Positions 10,258-21,907 of a DNA stretch of 28,990 nt are shown here, in pieces. The stretch is from Saprolegnia diclina VS20 (Eukaryota): NCBI RefSeq assembly GCF_000281045.1, contig NW_008246099.1:560514-589503 (forward strand), written 5' to 3'. Within the stretch, counting starts at the first letter, position 1. Each line of letters opens with the position of its first letter. Made by a program: the position numbers and the translations under genes. The notes beneath the pieces are model-generated. The model did no database searches, was not told where the DNA came from, and was given only the letters and a program-made list of their open reading frames with translations.

Positions 10258-13200
10258 ATGGCGGACCCCCGGCGCGAGAAGAAGTGGGCAAAGCAGGCGA
10301 CGGTCCCGACGTTCGCTGCGCCATCAGTTGCCGCCGACACGGTGGCCACGGAAAAGCAGCTGCAGTACATCCGCGTCCTCGAGGAGCGCAACCGAATCAA
10401 GAAGAAGCTCGAAGAGCAGTCTCGGAACGACCGCGACCTCGAGGAAAAGGAAAGCGGGTTTAGCACCAACTTTAACGGCGAGAACGCGTCGCGGAAGCCA
10501 CGCGCCGCATCGGCCAAGCCCCGCGCCAAATCCGCCGCCAAGCTTAAGAGCCCCGGGTCGACCGCCGAATTGCGGCCGCGTGCCGAACCCAAGCGCGAGA
10601 CAAAGTCCACGTCGGCGCTGCCGCTGCACAGCGCTACAGAGGCCGCACCACGCGTCAAGCAAAAGTGGGCCAAGTACGTTCGTCCTCCGAACCGATCGAG
10701 TCCACGTAAACTCGCTCTCGTAGACCACAAGGAGTGGTCGAGCAGCGCGATGGGCGTATCGTCTTTGTCGATCCTAGCGACTGCACCGAGGACAGTAGCA
10801 ACCAGCCACCAAGTACCAGCGATCCACGACCCAGTGCCAGTCCGGACCCACCCAGTGCCAGCCAAGAACAGTCAAGTGCAAGCCTCAACCCACCATGTAC
10901 ACAGCCATGCGAGAGTTCTACGTTCAACGCGAGAGTGTCCATGGCTTGCCCTGTCGACGCCAAGCCCGAGCGTGCAAGCACTTCGGCCGACGAGAAAAGC
11001 GACGACGAAGAGTACTTGGACGAGTCCTTTGAAGAGTTTGACGACGACGCCAGTGCGCCATCGCTACAGACGGTCGCAACAATGCGTGCGCACGAAGACG
11101 TCACCATCACCAGTGCGCCCGTGGACGTCATGAGCCAAACGACCAAGGAGCTTCTCTCGCTCATCCACGACCTCTCGCGCGACAAGCAAAAAGCCCTCAT
11201 CTCGCGCCTCAATAAATTTACCACGAGCGAGAAACAGTACGGCGCATTTCGCACTTCAGCGACGTAGCATGTATGCGTAGGGCCGCCGACGTCTCGGAGC
11301 TCCAAGAGTCGATTGGGGACCCGACCATTTGGCAGCAGCTCACCGCACCCATCTCGGAGCTCACGCAGCAGCAGCGCGCATGGGAGGCCGAGATGGAAGC
11401 CAAGCTTCAGCAGGAGCGCGCCGAAAAGGAGACGCTACTCGCACAAGCCGAGGCGCGGCGCCAGCACTTGCTGCAGCAGCTCGATGCCGAAGAGAAAGAA
11501 CTGCAGCAGCTCCTCGCAAAGCGACGCACCGAGACCCTCGAAAAGCTGCGCCAAGTCGAAGAGGCCACGCGGCTTCCGCTGCCGCCGTGCGCGAGCCCGA
11601 CGACCAAGCCCGTGGCACGAGACGAACCCCCACCAACTGCTCAGCGGTCGGTAGCCGAGCCAGTTCGAGAAAGCGTCTCGATCGAGAGTGCGCCGTTGCC
11701 GCCTGCACCAGCACTCGTGTCTACCTCGATAACATCGCTGCCCAAGGAAACTGCGGCGGCGATGCACGAGGTTCGGCTCAAGCTGCTCTCGTCCTGGGGC
11801 AAGACGCGCGTGCTCGGGCTCACACAGGTACCTATTCCAAAGTTGTCGAAAGTTGAGTGTTGATAGATTTCCGTGTACGACATGGACGGAAACGAGCTCG
11901 ACGTGCCACTCGAGTCGGTTAAGCTCTACAGTGGCCAAGCCGACATGCGTCCGATCCCCAAGTCGAACGGTATGGTGCGCGACTTGGCGCGGCTCTTCAA
12001 CGGCGTCGCCTACACGACCAACGAGAGCGACATGTGGCTCGGGTGCGTCTTCTTCCAGTCGCCACCACTTGTGACGCACGGATGTAGTCGCCAGATCGAC
12101 GCCAACCCACTCCAGATCGCTTTTTCAGTCAGTGTCGTCCCCAGCAAGCTCTGCATCTGGAACTACAACAGCGTACAACCGACGCACGCAGTGGTCTGTA
12201 CCATTATCTCGTGACGCTAGAAACTGCAAGCTGCGTGCGTCCGAGACGTCGAAGTCTTTGTCGACAACCAGTGCAAGTGGTCTGGGTCCCTCCCAGAGTC
12301 GTTTGGCGCCGAGGTAGATCTTGACACTGCATTGTGTTACGAGCTCAGGGATAGGATGAATCTGCCTGCACGTGGATCAACGTTGTCGCCAACATGCGCA
12401 AGAAGGCACCACCCGCGTCCAAGCCACCTCCTGAGGCGCCGCGGCTCGAGACGGCAAAGAGCGTCATATCAAGCGGTCCCATCTGGCTCAACGCTACGAC
12501 CAAAGTGGAGCCCACAGCTGCACCGATAGTCCGAAGAGAGCCCGAGATCAAGTCGCTCGACCTCGCGCGCGTCGGCGCCGAGCCAAATGTGCTGCGTCAG
12601 TCAACGAGTCGGCGACGGTTGGCCGAGACAAAGGTCGAGGCAGAGCCAAAGGCGGAAAATGCGACACCAGCCTCCGTGCGTGCAATGCCATCGCTGCAAA
12701 GCTCTTGGGATACGCTCGAGCACTTCAAGAAGACAAACCGCAGCCGCTTGCCCCTCGAGGTTGGCGACACAACACCGAGACACACCTCCGCCATCGTGCC
12801 GCTCCTCAGCTCCACCGAGCTACCGCGGTCGTTCGTCGGCGAGACTCCGCGAATGCCTTTTACCGACGGCGCAGTGCACCAAGAACGCCCAGTGAGTGCG
12901 ATCCCGACGCTACCGCGCGGTCGCACACTCGTGTTTGAGTGGCTCTCGACGTGGGGCGACCCGTACTATGTCGGTCTCAACGGCATTGACGTCTTCACCG
13001 ACACTGGCGCACTCCTGCGCCTCGCCAAGGTCCGCGGGTCGTTGCCAACACGAGTGCTCAAATTGCGATATAGAGTCAAGTGACGGCGGTGCCCTCGAGC
13101 ATCAATGTGCTGCCCGAGTATGCCAATGAGCAGGACCCGCGGGTCGCCGCCAATTTGGTAGATGACTTTGGAGTGAGCTACGAGACGCATCATCCTAGGT

Positions 13201-15329
13201 CGACGGCGTCAATTACACGTGCGACGACCTGCACATGTGGCTGGCGCCGTTCACGCCGCGCCAACTGCACTCGGTCACGCTGCAGCTCGAGGCACCAACC
13301 ACGCTCTCGATGCTTCGTATCTGGAACTACAACAAGTCGCGCGCGCACAGGTTCGAACCCATGACCTCCGGCAGCAATTCACCGCATTTTTAGCTTTCGC
13401 GGCGTCCGGGACACGCGTATTCTGCTCGACGGCCGCGAGATTTTTGTCGGCGAAGTGCGCAAGGCCCCCGGCATCCTCGGCGCCATCGACCAGTGCGCCG
13501 AAGTCGTCCTCTTTACAACCGACGAGGTGGCGACGACCGATTCCGTCAACGGCGTCCCGAGCTCGCTTCGTAGGCGGTACTGCGCGCGATTGAGCAGAGC
13601 GACCCCGACCCCACCGTCGACGCGACGCCGGCAGCGTTGGAGCCGCAGCCGGTGATTCCTCGACCGTCGACCGCGGAGGCCGATGCGGACGTGCGACCCA
13701 AGACCGCCGTGGTCGGGGCGACGTGTCCCCTCCCGGTGGCGAGCGCCGGGGGTCGAAAAGGCCGGACAATCAAACTCGTGCTGCAGACCACGTGGGGGGA
13801 CCGCAACTACGTCGGCCTCACGGGCCTCGAGCTCTACGTTTCGAGAGAGGGCGCCGTGACATCGCTTCCGCTGGCGCTGTCGGAAATTAGCGCGACACCC
13901 CGCGATTTGCACACGGTGCGTGGATGCCTCGTGTCGGAAGCTTACAGCGAGTAGCTTGGGTACGACGGCGATCCCCGCACACTGGACAAAGTACGTCCAG
14001 TTTGAAACATGGACTCGACGGAGCGTGCTAGTTGATTGACACGACGCATGTCACGTGCGACGACTGCCACATGTGGCTCGTGCCTTTTGGTGCGTCCGGA
14101 ATGCATTCAAGTGACTTTAGAACGGTGTTGTAGGCGGCGCGGTGGCCCCCGAGGTGACGATTACGTTAGGAAGAGACGTCTTGTGCGTCGGCCTCGCCGT
14201 GTGGAACTACAACAAGTCCGAAGAAGACACGAGTCGCGGTGCCAAAGCCGTTCACATCTTTGTCGACGGTACGCTCGTCACCACCACGGTGCTGCGCAAG
14301 GCACCGGGCCACGCGCTCTTTGACTTTCGCCAGTTTGTGCATCTGGCCGAGCCAAATATCGTCGCCATCAGCGCGCCCATCGGCGGCTACAAGACGCACC
14401 TCGTGCGGCAAGACTACGAACCGCCGCTGCACCCGTCGGGGTTTGTGCTCAAGGTAGTTCCGATTCCCGCGCGTTTTCTCAAGCGCACGTCTAGTTTGTG
14501 TTGTGGAGCACGTGGGGCGACCCGTACTACGTCGGTCTCAACGGCCTCGAGATTTACAACGACCGCGGCCAGCTACTATCGCCGCCTACTGTGGTAGGAG
14601 CAACAAAACCCACGAGCTCTGTTGAATCGCGTGTAGCTTCTCGCGGATCCCAACGGTCTCGCCGACAGCCCCCAGGACGCGCGCGTCATCGAGAATCTCT
14701 TTTGCGACGACGACAACAATACGTGGGACGCGACCCACGCGTGGCTCGCCCCACTCGCGTCGTCACTCGGGCAGTTTGCGGGTAGGCGCCCTATGTAGGG
14801 CTAGGGTTGACTCAACTATGACCAGGCAACATCATTTACGCTGTGTACGAGACGCCCATCTGTCTCGGTATGATCAAAGTGTTCAACTACGCCAAGACAC
14901 CCGAGCGGGGGGCGCGCGAGATTGAAATCTACTTGGACGATCTTAAGGTACCTCTCTGCGACCGAGGTCGTCCCGGACCTTGTGTGTAGCTGTACATGGG
15001 GTCGCTGCGCCAAGCCCCGCCGGCCCCCAGCCTCGCGCGCACGGGCAAGCTCCAGCAAGCCATCGAATTTGGGCAGCCGATTCTGTTTACGCTCCACCCA
15101 GGCCTCGTCGAGGTACTTGACATGTGGCAGTGGAGGATCTCATTGGGGCGCGTAGGCGGAGAAGCGCAAGTTGCTCTACTGCGGCGCGGAGGAGCAAGAC
15201 GTGCTCTGCATCAACGAAGGCCAAGTCATCGTCGAGTCCAAAGCCATGTACCGCGCACCGGATCCCGGCGCCGAAGGGGTGGTCGTCGACCTCTTGCAGC
15301 GGCCGACAACCGCCATGCTTCGCCACTAA
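10258..15329 (+). CDS. KATNIP: Katanin-interacting protein KATNIP/KIAA0556 homolog (repeated DUF4457 domains), ~1,400 aa, ~18 introns
   Basis: The N-terminus YIRVLEERNRIKKKL...LEEKESGFSTNFNGEN matches the KIAA0556 N-terminal motif. DUF4457 signatures repeat: LSSWGKTRVLGLTQ, LSTWGDPYYVGLNGIDVF, TTWGDRNYVGLTGLE, WSTWGDPYYVGLNGLEIY, TCDDLHMWLAPF, IWNYNKSR, RKAPG. It ends ...QRPTTAMLRH* (TAA 15327-15329). All introns are GT-AG, ~39-50 nt. Confidence 0.9.
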
Positions 15330-15393
15330 CCTCGATTGTAAACGCTTGTTTCTGTTAAATGTGCAGGGATACATCGTCGTCTCGACTCTAAAC

Positions 15394-17381
15394 TTAGTCG
15401 TCCATGAAGAAGTAGTTGCCCGTGCTCTTCTGCTCCGTGTCCTTGACCGAGTTGAGCTTGTTGATACGCGGGCGGAAGTTGGTCGGGTCGCGACGGAACG
15501 TGATTTCGAGCTGCTTCAAGAACATGTTCATGCCCGAGAGGAGGCTCTGCGGCGTGCGCGCCGTACACTCGACACCGGGCCGGCCCTTGTAGACGATCAC
15601 GCGGTCCGCGAGGTACGTGGCCATGATGAAATCGTGCTCGACGACGAACGCCGTCTTCTTGGCGTGCAGGATGAAGCGCTTGATGACCTTGGACGCAATG
15701 ATGCGCTGCTCCGAGTCGAGGTAGGCCGAGGGCTCATCAATGAGGTAAATGTCGGCGGGCTTGCCGAGGCAGAGCACGATCGCGACGCGCTGCAGTTCAC
15801 CGCCCGAGAGGTTGGGCACCGCCTGGTCAATGATGTTGTCAATGTTGAGCGGGCGCATGACGTCCGTGAGGAACTGCGGGTGCGTGTACGAGTCGCGAAT
15901 GCGCTTGTGCAAGAGCGCGCGGACCGAGCCCTGGAACTTGGGCGCGATCGTCTGCGGCTTGTAGCTCACCACGTTGGCGTCGTACTGCAGCGACGCCTCG
16001 AACTGGGCGGCGTAGTCTTCCGACGTCTCGGCCGCGATCATCTCGTCCGACTTGAGGCCGCCCGCCAGCATCTTGATAAAGGTCGTCTTGCCCGTACCGT
16101 TCTCACCGAGCATACAGATGATCTCCGAGTTGGTGAAGCAGCCCGTCTCGACGTGGAGCTTGAACGTCGGCGCGCCCGGCTTGCCCGACGACATGGACTT
16201 GGTCATGTTGGGGTACGTGTACGTGTTGGCGCTCGAGTTGTCGTTGCCCTGGAGCTCGTCCGCCGTCTGCGCAAGCTTGAACGTGAGTTCTTCTTGGCGG
16301 AAACGGAGGTTCTCGGTCGGGACGAAGCCCGCGAGGAAGATGTTGATGCCTTCGCGCACCGAGAAGGGCATCGTCACGACGCCGTACGCCGACGGCGAGC
16401 CGTAGAGCACGCAGATGTAGTCGGAGAGGTAGTCGAGGACGCAGAGATCGTGCTCGACGCAGATGCAGTACGAGAGGTGGCTGCCCTCGACCATCGAGCG
16501 GATCACGAGCGCGGCCTTGAGACGCTGGCGCACATCGAGGTACGACGACGGCTCGTCAAACATGTAAATGTCGGCCTGCTGGACCGCGATCGAGCAAATG
16601 GCAAAACGCTGGAGCTCACCACCCGAGAGCACCGCGAGCTACAGTAGCAGAGATATGAGCTGCAGAGACAACGTGCACGAATATGGCGTACGTCGCGGTC
16701 TTTGATGTGCGTGAGGTCGAGTTCCTTCATGTAGTAGTCGAGCTTGCCTTCCTTCTGGCAGCGGTCGCTGATGATCTGACGGACCTGGCCCTGGACAGCC
16801 TTGGGGATGCGATCGACGAACTGCGGCTTGATGATCGCCTTCAAGTTGTCTTCCAGGATCTTCGTAAAGTAGTTTTGGAGCTCCGAGCCACGAAAGTACG
16901 TGAGGATCTCCTGCCACTCGGGCGGCGAGTCGTAGCGGCCAAGGTTGGGCTTGAGCTTGCCGGCAAGCACCTTAAGCGCCGTCGACTTGCCGATACCGTT
17001 GGTACCGACGAGACCGAGGACCTGGCCCGGGCGGGGCATGGGCAGGCGGTGGAGCTTGAACGTGTTGGCGCCGTACCGGTGCGTCGTGTTGTTTTCGAGG
17101 TCCTTGGGCAAGTTGATAATGTTGATGGCCTCGAACGGGCACTTCTTGACGCAGATACCGCAGCCGATGCAGAGCTACGGCGGCCATGAGCGGCTACGTC
17201 AGCCAAGATGCGCAGGACGTACCGACTCGGAGATGTAGGCGATCTTGGACTTGCCCGTGGCTTCAATGCAGACCTTGCCCATGCGCACGACGGGGCAGGA
17301 CTTCTTGCATTCCTGGCGACACTTCTTGGGCTTGCACTTGTCTGCGCTCACGATGGCGATACGCGTCAGCTTGTCCGACAT
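15394..17381 (-). CDS. ABCE1: ABCE1 / RLI1 ribosome-recycling ATPase (Fe-S domain + 2 ABC domains), 628 aa, 3 exons
   Basis: Exons 17223-17381, 16692-17174 and 15394-16638 (introns 48 and 53 nt). Motifs: [54 protein letters not shown] twice, [33 protein letters not shown]. Confidence 0.98.
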
Positions 17382-18093
17382 GCTGCTTCCTCCTGGTGGC
17401 TTGGCCAAAAAATCACCTCTGTCACCAGCCAACAAATTTGGTTGACCCACACGTCAATCCCTCTCACACTGCATACAAACCTCTGGCAATCGATATGTAC
17501 ACTATTTGTGTGGAAGGGGCGCCGCGATCGAACGCGCAGCGCGGTCGCCACCGACGACGTCGGGGCGGTGGACGCTCCAAGAGGGCTGTATGAGGCAGCG
17601 ACCGCGATACTACGGCCCGAGGTGGCGGCCGCAGCAACGGAGTAGCCAGCCCACATACACTAAATAATGTGCAGTGGCAGCTAAATTTAGATTGAAAAAG
17701 GCAACAGCCTGGAAACCAGCGGCCACAAGCTTCGCAAGATGGAGCTACAACAGCCATCGACCTGGGTCTCTGCTCGAGCTCTAGCGCTGGAACTGCATAG
17801 CTCTGTCTGTCAAGTGGCACGTTATCTGGCAGGACGCGATCGATGGCGGCGAAATGACCGACCAGATCGCCAGCTGAAGAAAGGCGGGAAGTCGATGGTG
17901 ATGGCAACCGATTATTGAAATTTTTATAGTGTAGTTTCTATAATGGTTGTGACCATGTTGCTGCATGCAGTGCTGTGGGCGCCGTGGTGACGTACTAGTT
18001 GCGGCGGCAGTCTGACCGGCAACGTGGCGCTTCAGATATGCCTGCAACGGATGGTGTCAACCGCCAGGAACCAGCGACTAACCGTTAATGCCT

Positions 18094-18136
18094 GAGCCAA
18101 TCAGGATCGACTGACGAATGCTTTTTAGCCAATGAC
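18094..18136. promoter_or_regulatory. Tandem CCAAT boxes in the divergent ABCE1/CENP-C promoter
   Basis: GAGCCAATCAG (18094-18104) and TTTAGCCAATGAC (18124-18136), ~160-200 bp upstream of the CENP-C ATG and followed by an AT-rich stretch. Confidence 0.55.
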
Positions 18137-18293
18137 AGAGCGCAGTGCAAGGTGGCGGGAAGGGGTGTGGCTTTTAAAATTTAATACAAAAATCAAGTAT
18201 AAATCGAATGCAAAAAACAGTTGGGCGACTGCGAATCCGGATAAAATCGGCGGACGCGTTCAAATCCCAACGCTCCCAGCGCAAGGCGACGTG

Positions 18294-20905
18294 ATGTCCT
18301 TGCCGGCCCGCGCCCTCCAGGCCCAGGCCATCGGCAGGTGCGACGACGACGCGGAGCGATGGCATGGTAGCTCATGCGAGGGTGTCTAGACGCTCGGGCG
18401 TCGTAGTCCGCGCCGACGTGCGCCGAGACTCGCATGGCTTTGAAGACATTGACGACTTTTGGGCCGAAGACTCGGACACCAACGGTACGACAGCACGCTT
18501 TACCGCGCCGTCGCATTCTGACCATCGCTGTGCGCTTTCTTAGAGTCCACGAACGACGTCGGCCAAGACAACTTCGAGTTCAACGACTCGCGCGACGAGG
18601 AGGAGGAGGAGGAGCCTGACGTGATCCGGCTCCGCCGCGCACCGACGACGCCGACGCCTGTCAAGGCCCATACGCACCTTCGTCGCCGCGCGTCAAGCAG
18701 CCAGCCTACGCCCGTCAAAACGACCGGTGCGCCTTCGTCAGAGAAGCGCCATCATCTCATGCTTCTATGCAACAGAGGTTGCTGCACCGGCCGCGCCCAT
18801 GCCGACGGCGCGCACACCGCCATTTGCCCGCCCGCCGCCTCCACGCCCGCCCCGTACGTCAATTAATGACTTGCTTGCGTCTCACGCACGATGTTTGCCA
18901 GAACCAGTGCGCGCCATTCCGACAACGCCGCCTGCGACTCTCAAGAAGACAAAGCCCAGTCCCGTGGCGGCCCCGGTGGTCGAAACGACGCCGACCAAAG
19001 AATCTGCTCCGGCTGCTGCATTTGCTCCCGACTTTCGCAACGACGATCCGCCGTCCGAGGTCGACATTTCGTTTGGCAACATGTCGTCGCCGGCCAGTAC
19101 GATCAAGAACCGACGCGGTAGCTAGTGTTGCATGCATGGGTTCTTGCTTGACACAGCCCGCGTAGATTCGTCTAGCATGGACCTCTCGGACGTGAACATG
19201 ACCACGCCCGTGCAGTCGCCACGGCGTCCTTCGCCAGGTACCCCCACCCCCTCCTTCTGAATCTCACTCGAGTGTCTAGCCAAAGCAGCAGCGCCCAAGA
19301 CCAACCCGCCAATGAACGACGAGAGCGTATCGGACGCGAGCATCTTTTCACTGCGGGTCGCGAGTGCGCGTCGCGCGCCAGTGCCCAAGGCTGCGCCGTT
19401 GCCTCTTGTCCGCTCCCAAGGTCGTCCATCAAAGCGCTGCCGATGAGTCGTCTCACTGGTACTGGCACAAGTAGACGAGGAAGAGTCGAAGGCTGCTGAC
19501 GACGAGCAAGAGAATGCGACGGGCCACCGCTCGTTTGAGCTGGAGGACGACTTCGACTTTGACGCGCCGTCGCGCGATGACGACGACGACAATACGTTTG
19601 GTGCAAAGAACACTGACCCTCTGGAGGCCAACCGCGGCTCGTTCGGCGGCAACATGACGCCCATCGCACAGACGGAAGGTCATCTAGCGCGTCCTCGCAT
19701 ATGATGGAGATTGATGACGCGTAGATCACGACCTCTTTTCACCTCCCGAAGTCCGCCCGCAGTTTTCGAGTCCGCCCGTGAGTCCGATGGCGCACCGCCC
19801 GACGACGCCGCCGACGAAGAAGGCATCGAAGAAGTCGCGCACGCCAGTCGCAAGCACGAGCGACAACGAAAATGACATGTTTGAAGACGCGTCGCTCGTC
19901 ATCGCTGTGCCCAAAACGAAGAAGCTGGTGACCAAGGCCAAGGCGCCCAAGCGGACGGCCAAAGGACCCAAGGAACTCGAGGAAACCAGCGAACCGAAGG
20001 AGCCCAAGGCCCGGGGCCGACCGAAGAAGAAGAAGCTGGCCGAGACGTCGTTCAACGATGCGACCGATCACTCGGACACGGACGCGCCACCGCGCCGACA
20101 GGACTTTACCGACAATGACGACGGCGGCGAGAGCGACCCGCATGGTCCGCGACGCTCGAAGCGGCGACGCATCCAGCCGCTCGCGTGGTACAAGTGCGAG
20201 CGACCGGTGTACGAGCGCCGCGACAATGGGCTCGGGCTCATTTTGCCCACGATTTCGCACATTGAGCGCGCAGGCACCAACTCGCCGATCAAGAACGCGG
20301 CCGGCAACCGCAAGAAAAAGTCTAAGCATGCGACCTTCCCAGCGTCGCAGCTGCCGTCCGAGTTCAAGTACTCGACGGCCGATTCGGGCGAGCTCTGGGA
20401 CGAGGCGTCGGCCACGAGCAAGAACGTCAAGATGATCGGCCGGTACGGCACCGCCGACCTCTTTCCGCTGCCGGCCGAGGATGGCGTTCCGTCGGGCTTT
20501 GCGTGCCAGACGTTCAACGTTGTGGGCTCGACGTCCGTGCCGACGTGGATTTCTGGGCGCGTGCTTTTGCCGCCCGGCGCCGTCAAGGCCAGCGAGAGCG
20601 TCGGCAGCTGCGCGCAGGTCTTCATCGTCATTGGCTGCCAGCCCATGGCGCTCGAGGTGGCTTTTGGCCATCCGTCGAACCCTACGTTTGATGACGCGAC
20701 CGCGTCACGCTTCACGCTCGGGCCCGGCGACGAGTTTTACGTGCCCGCGAACAATGCGTACTTTCTGCGCAACCACAGCCCGACGGTCGAGGCCGAGCTG
20801 CGCTTTATGATCCTCAAGCCCAAGCCGAGCGAGAAGAGCAAGAAGCAAAAGGCCGACGCCAAGAAGCCCAAGAAGCCCAAGAACCACAAGTCCGAAGACG
20901 CGTAA
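18294..20905 (+). CDS. CENPC: Centromere protein C (CENP-C/Mif2/Cnp3) homolog, 740 aa, 9 exons
   Basis: Exons 18294-18337, 18390-18484, 18544-18726, 18776-18853, 18902-19117, 19157-19237, 19280-19420, 19475-19678, 19725-20905. N-terminal IGRRSGVVVRADVRRDSHGFEDIDDFW is Mif2_N-like. There is an AT-hook KARGRPKK, the CENP-C motif RRSKRRRIQPLAWYKCERPVY, and a C-terminal cupin (SGRVLLPPGAVKASE...LGPGDEFYVPANNAYFLRN). Confidence 0.9.
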
Positions 20906-20943
20906 AGGCAGTATAGTACTTTATATATATAAGAAATTGCGTC

Positions 20944-21585
20944 TTAGGGCCGGAGGAGCTGGTCCCGCGTGATGTGCAGATCGAGGTGGTCGTCGTGCAC
21001 GCACATGTGGTGGAGCGACCCAAAGGCCAGCTCGACCTGCGACGCGATCTCGAGGACGTCCGGAACGTCGATGAACTTGAGCGTCTTGGCGAGGATGTTT
21101 GGGCAGTGGGTCACGACGGCGTGGCAAGCGTCGCGCTCCGCGAGCGAGTCGCCGACCGACACGAGGTTGCCGCCGCCCGAGACGAAGCACTTGCTCGCGA
21201 TGACGCCGAGCACCTCCAGCTTCCAATGGCGCGCGTCGCCGCCCGAGCCGTACGTACCTTCAAACCACGCGCGCGCCGAGACGATGTGGATGTCGGGCGA
21301 CCGCTGGAGCAGCGACCCGACCGACGGCATGTAGAGCGCGCACGCCGTCTCGACCCAGCCGCCCTCGGCCGCGGTCACGACGAAGACGGGCCCAAGCGCA
21401 TTGGCCGCGACGAGCAGGTCGCAGACCTTCTCGGCGAGCATCGCGAGGACGTCGCGCACGAACGGCGGCAGCTCGACGGCGTGGCCTTGGTACGTAGGCA
21501 GGAGCTCATGCGCATGGAGCCACGAGCTCGGGCAGAGCGTGTCGTCCCAGTCAAAGACGACGACCGTGTGGTCGGCCACCGTCAT
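20944..21585 (-). CDS. HAD-superfamily hydrolase-like protein (213 aa), single exon
   Basis: Motif I VVFDWDDTLCP, motif II VFVVTAAE, motif III Lys in HWK, motif IV LVSVGDSLAERDA. Confidence 0.85.
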   Translation of the reverse strand: MTVADHTVVVFDWDDTLCPSSWLHAHELLPTYQGHAVELPPFVRDVLAMLAEKVCDLLVAANALGPVFVVTAAEGGWVETACALYMPSVGSLLQRSPDIHIVSARAWFEGTYGSGGDARHWKLEVLGVIASKCFVSGGGNLVSVGDSLAERDACHAVVTHCPNILAKTLKFIDVPDVLEIASQVELAFGSLHHMCVHDDHLDLHITRDQLLRP

Positions 21586-21907
21586 GCGTCTCGAGGCGGC
21601 TTGCTCCGACTGCTGCTATCTTTCCGACTGACCCGCCATACGTGGTACCAACTTTGGCAAGGTCTGGCTACTGAAATTCCCCTAAGCAAGTACACGCGTG
21701 GCACGCTGAACGGCCAAACCCAAATCGCCACAGCATCCACCCTGCCTCCCACGAGCCTCTGCTCGTTGATGACGTCGTCGCTGGCTGCTGTCGCAGGCAT
21801 CCCCAGCGCAGCAACGTGTCAAGGACACGCGCCCTTACCCATGCGCTTCGTCGCGTAACTTGAAATCAAAATCTCGTGTATGTAGTAGTGTATAAGGCGC
21901 AAGAACG

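Noticed and set aside
10800..10870. Short imperfect repeats (CCCAGTGCCAG twice) in KATNIP exon 2
   Set aside because: Ordinary low-complexity Pro/Ser coding sequence, not an array.
14795..14808. TAGGGCTAGGGTT, telomere-like
   Set aside because: Only two imperfect units, inside a KATNIP intron; consistent with chance.
15124..16647. 507-aa ORF on the + strand
   Set aside because: Antisense shadow of ABCE1 exon 3.
17464..18047. ORFs between ABCE1 and CENP-C
   Set aside because: No codon bias, motif or coherent splice pattern; treated as a divergent promoter region.
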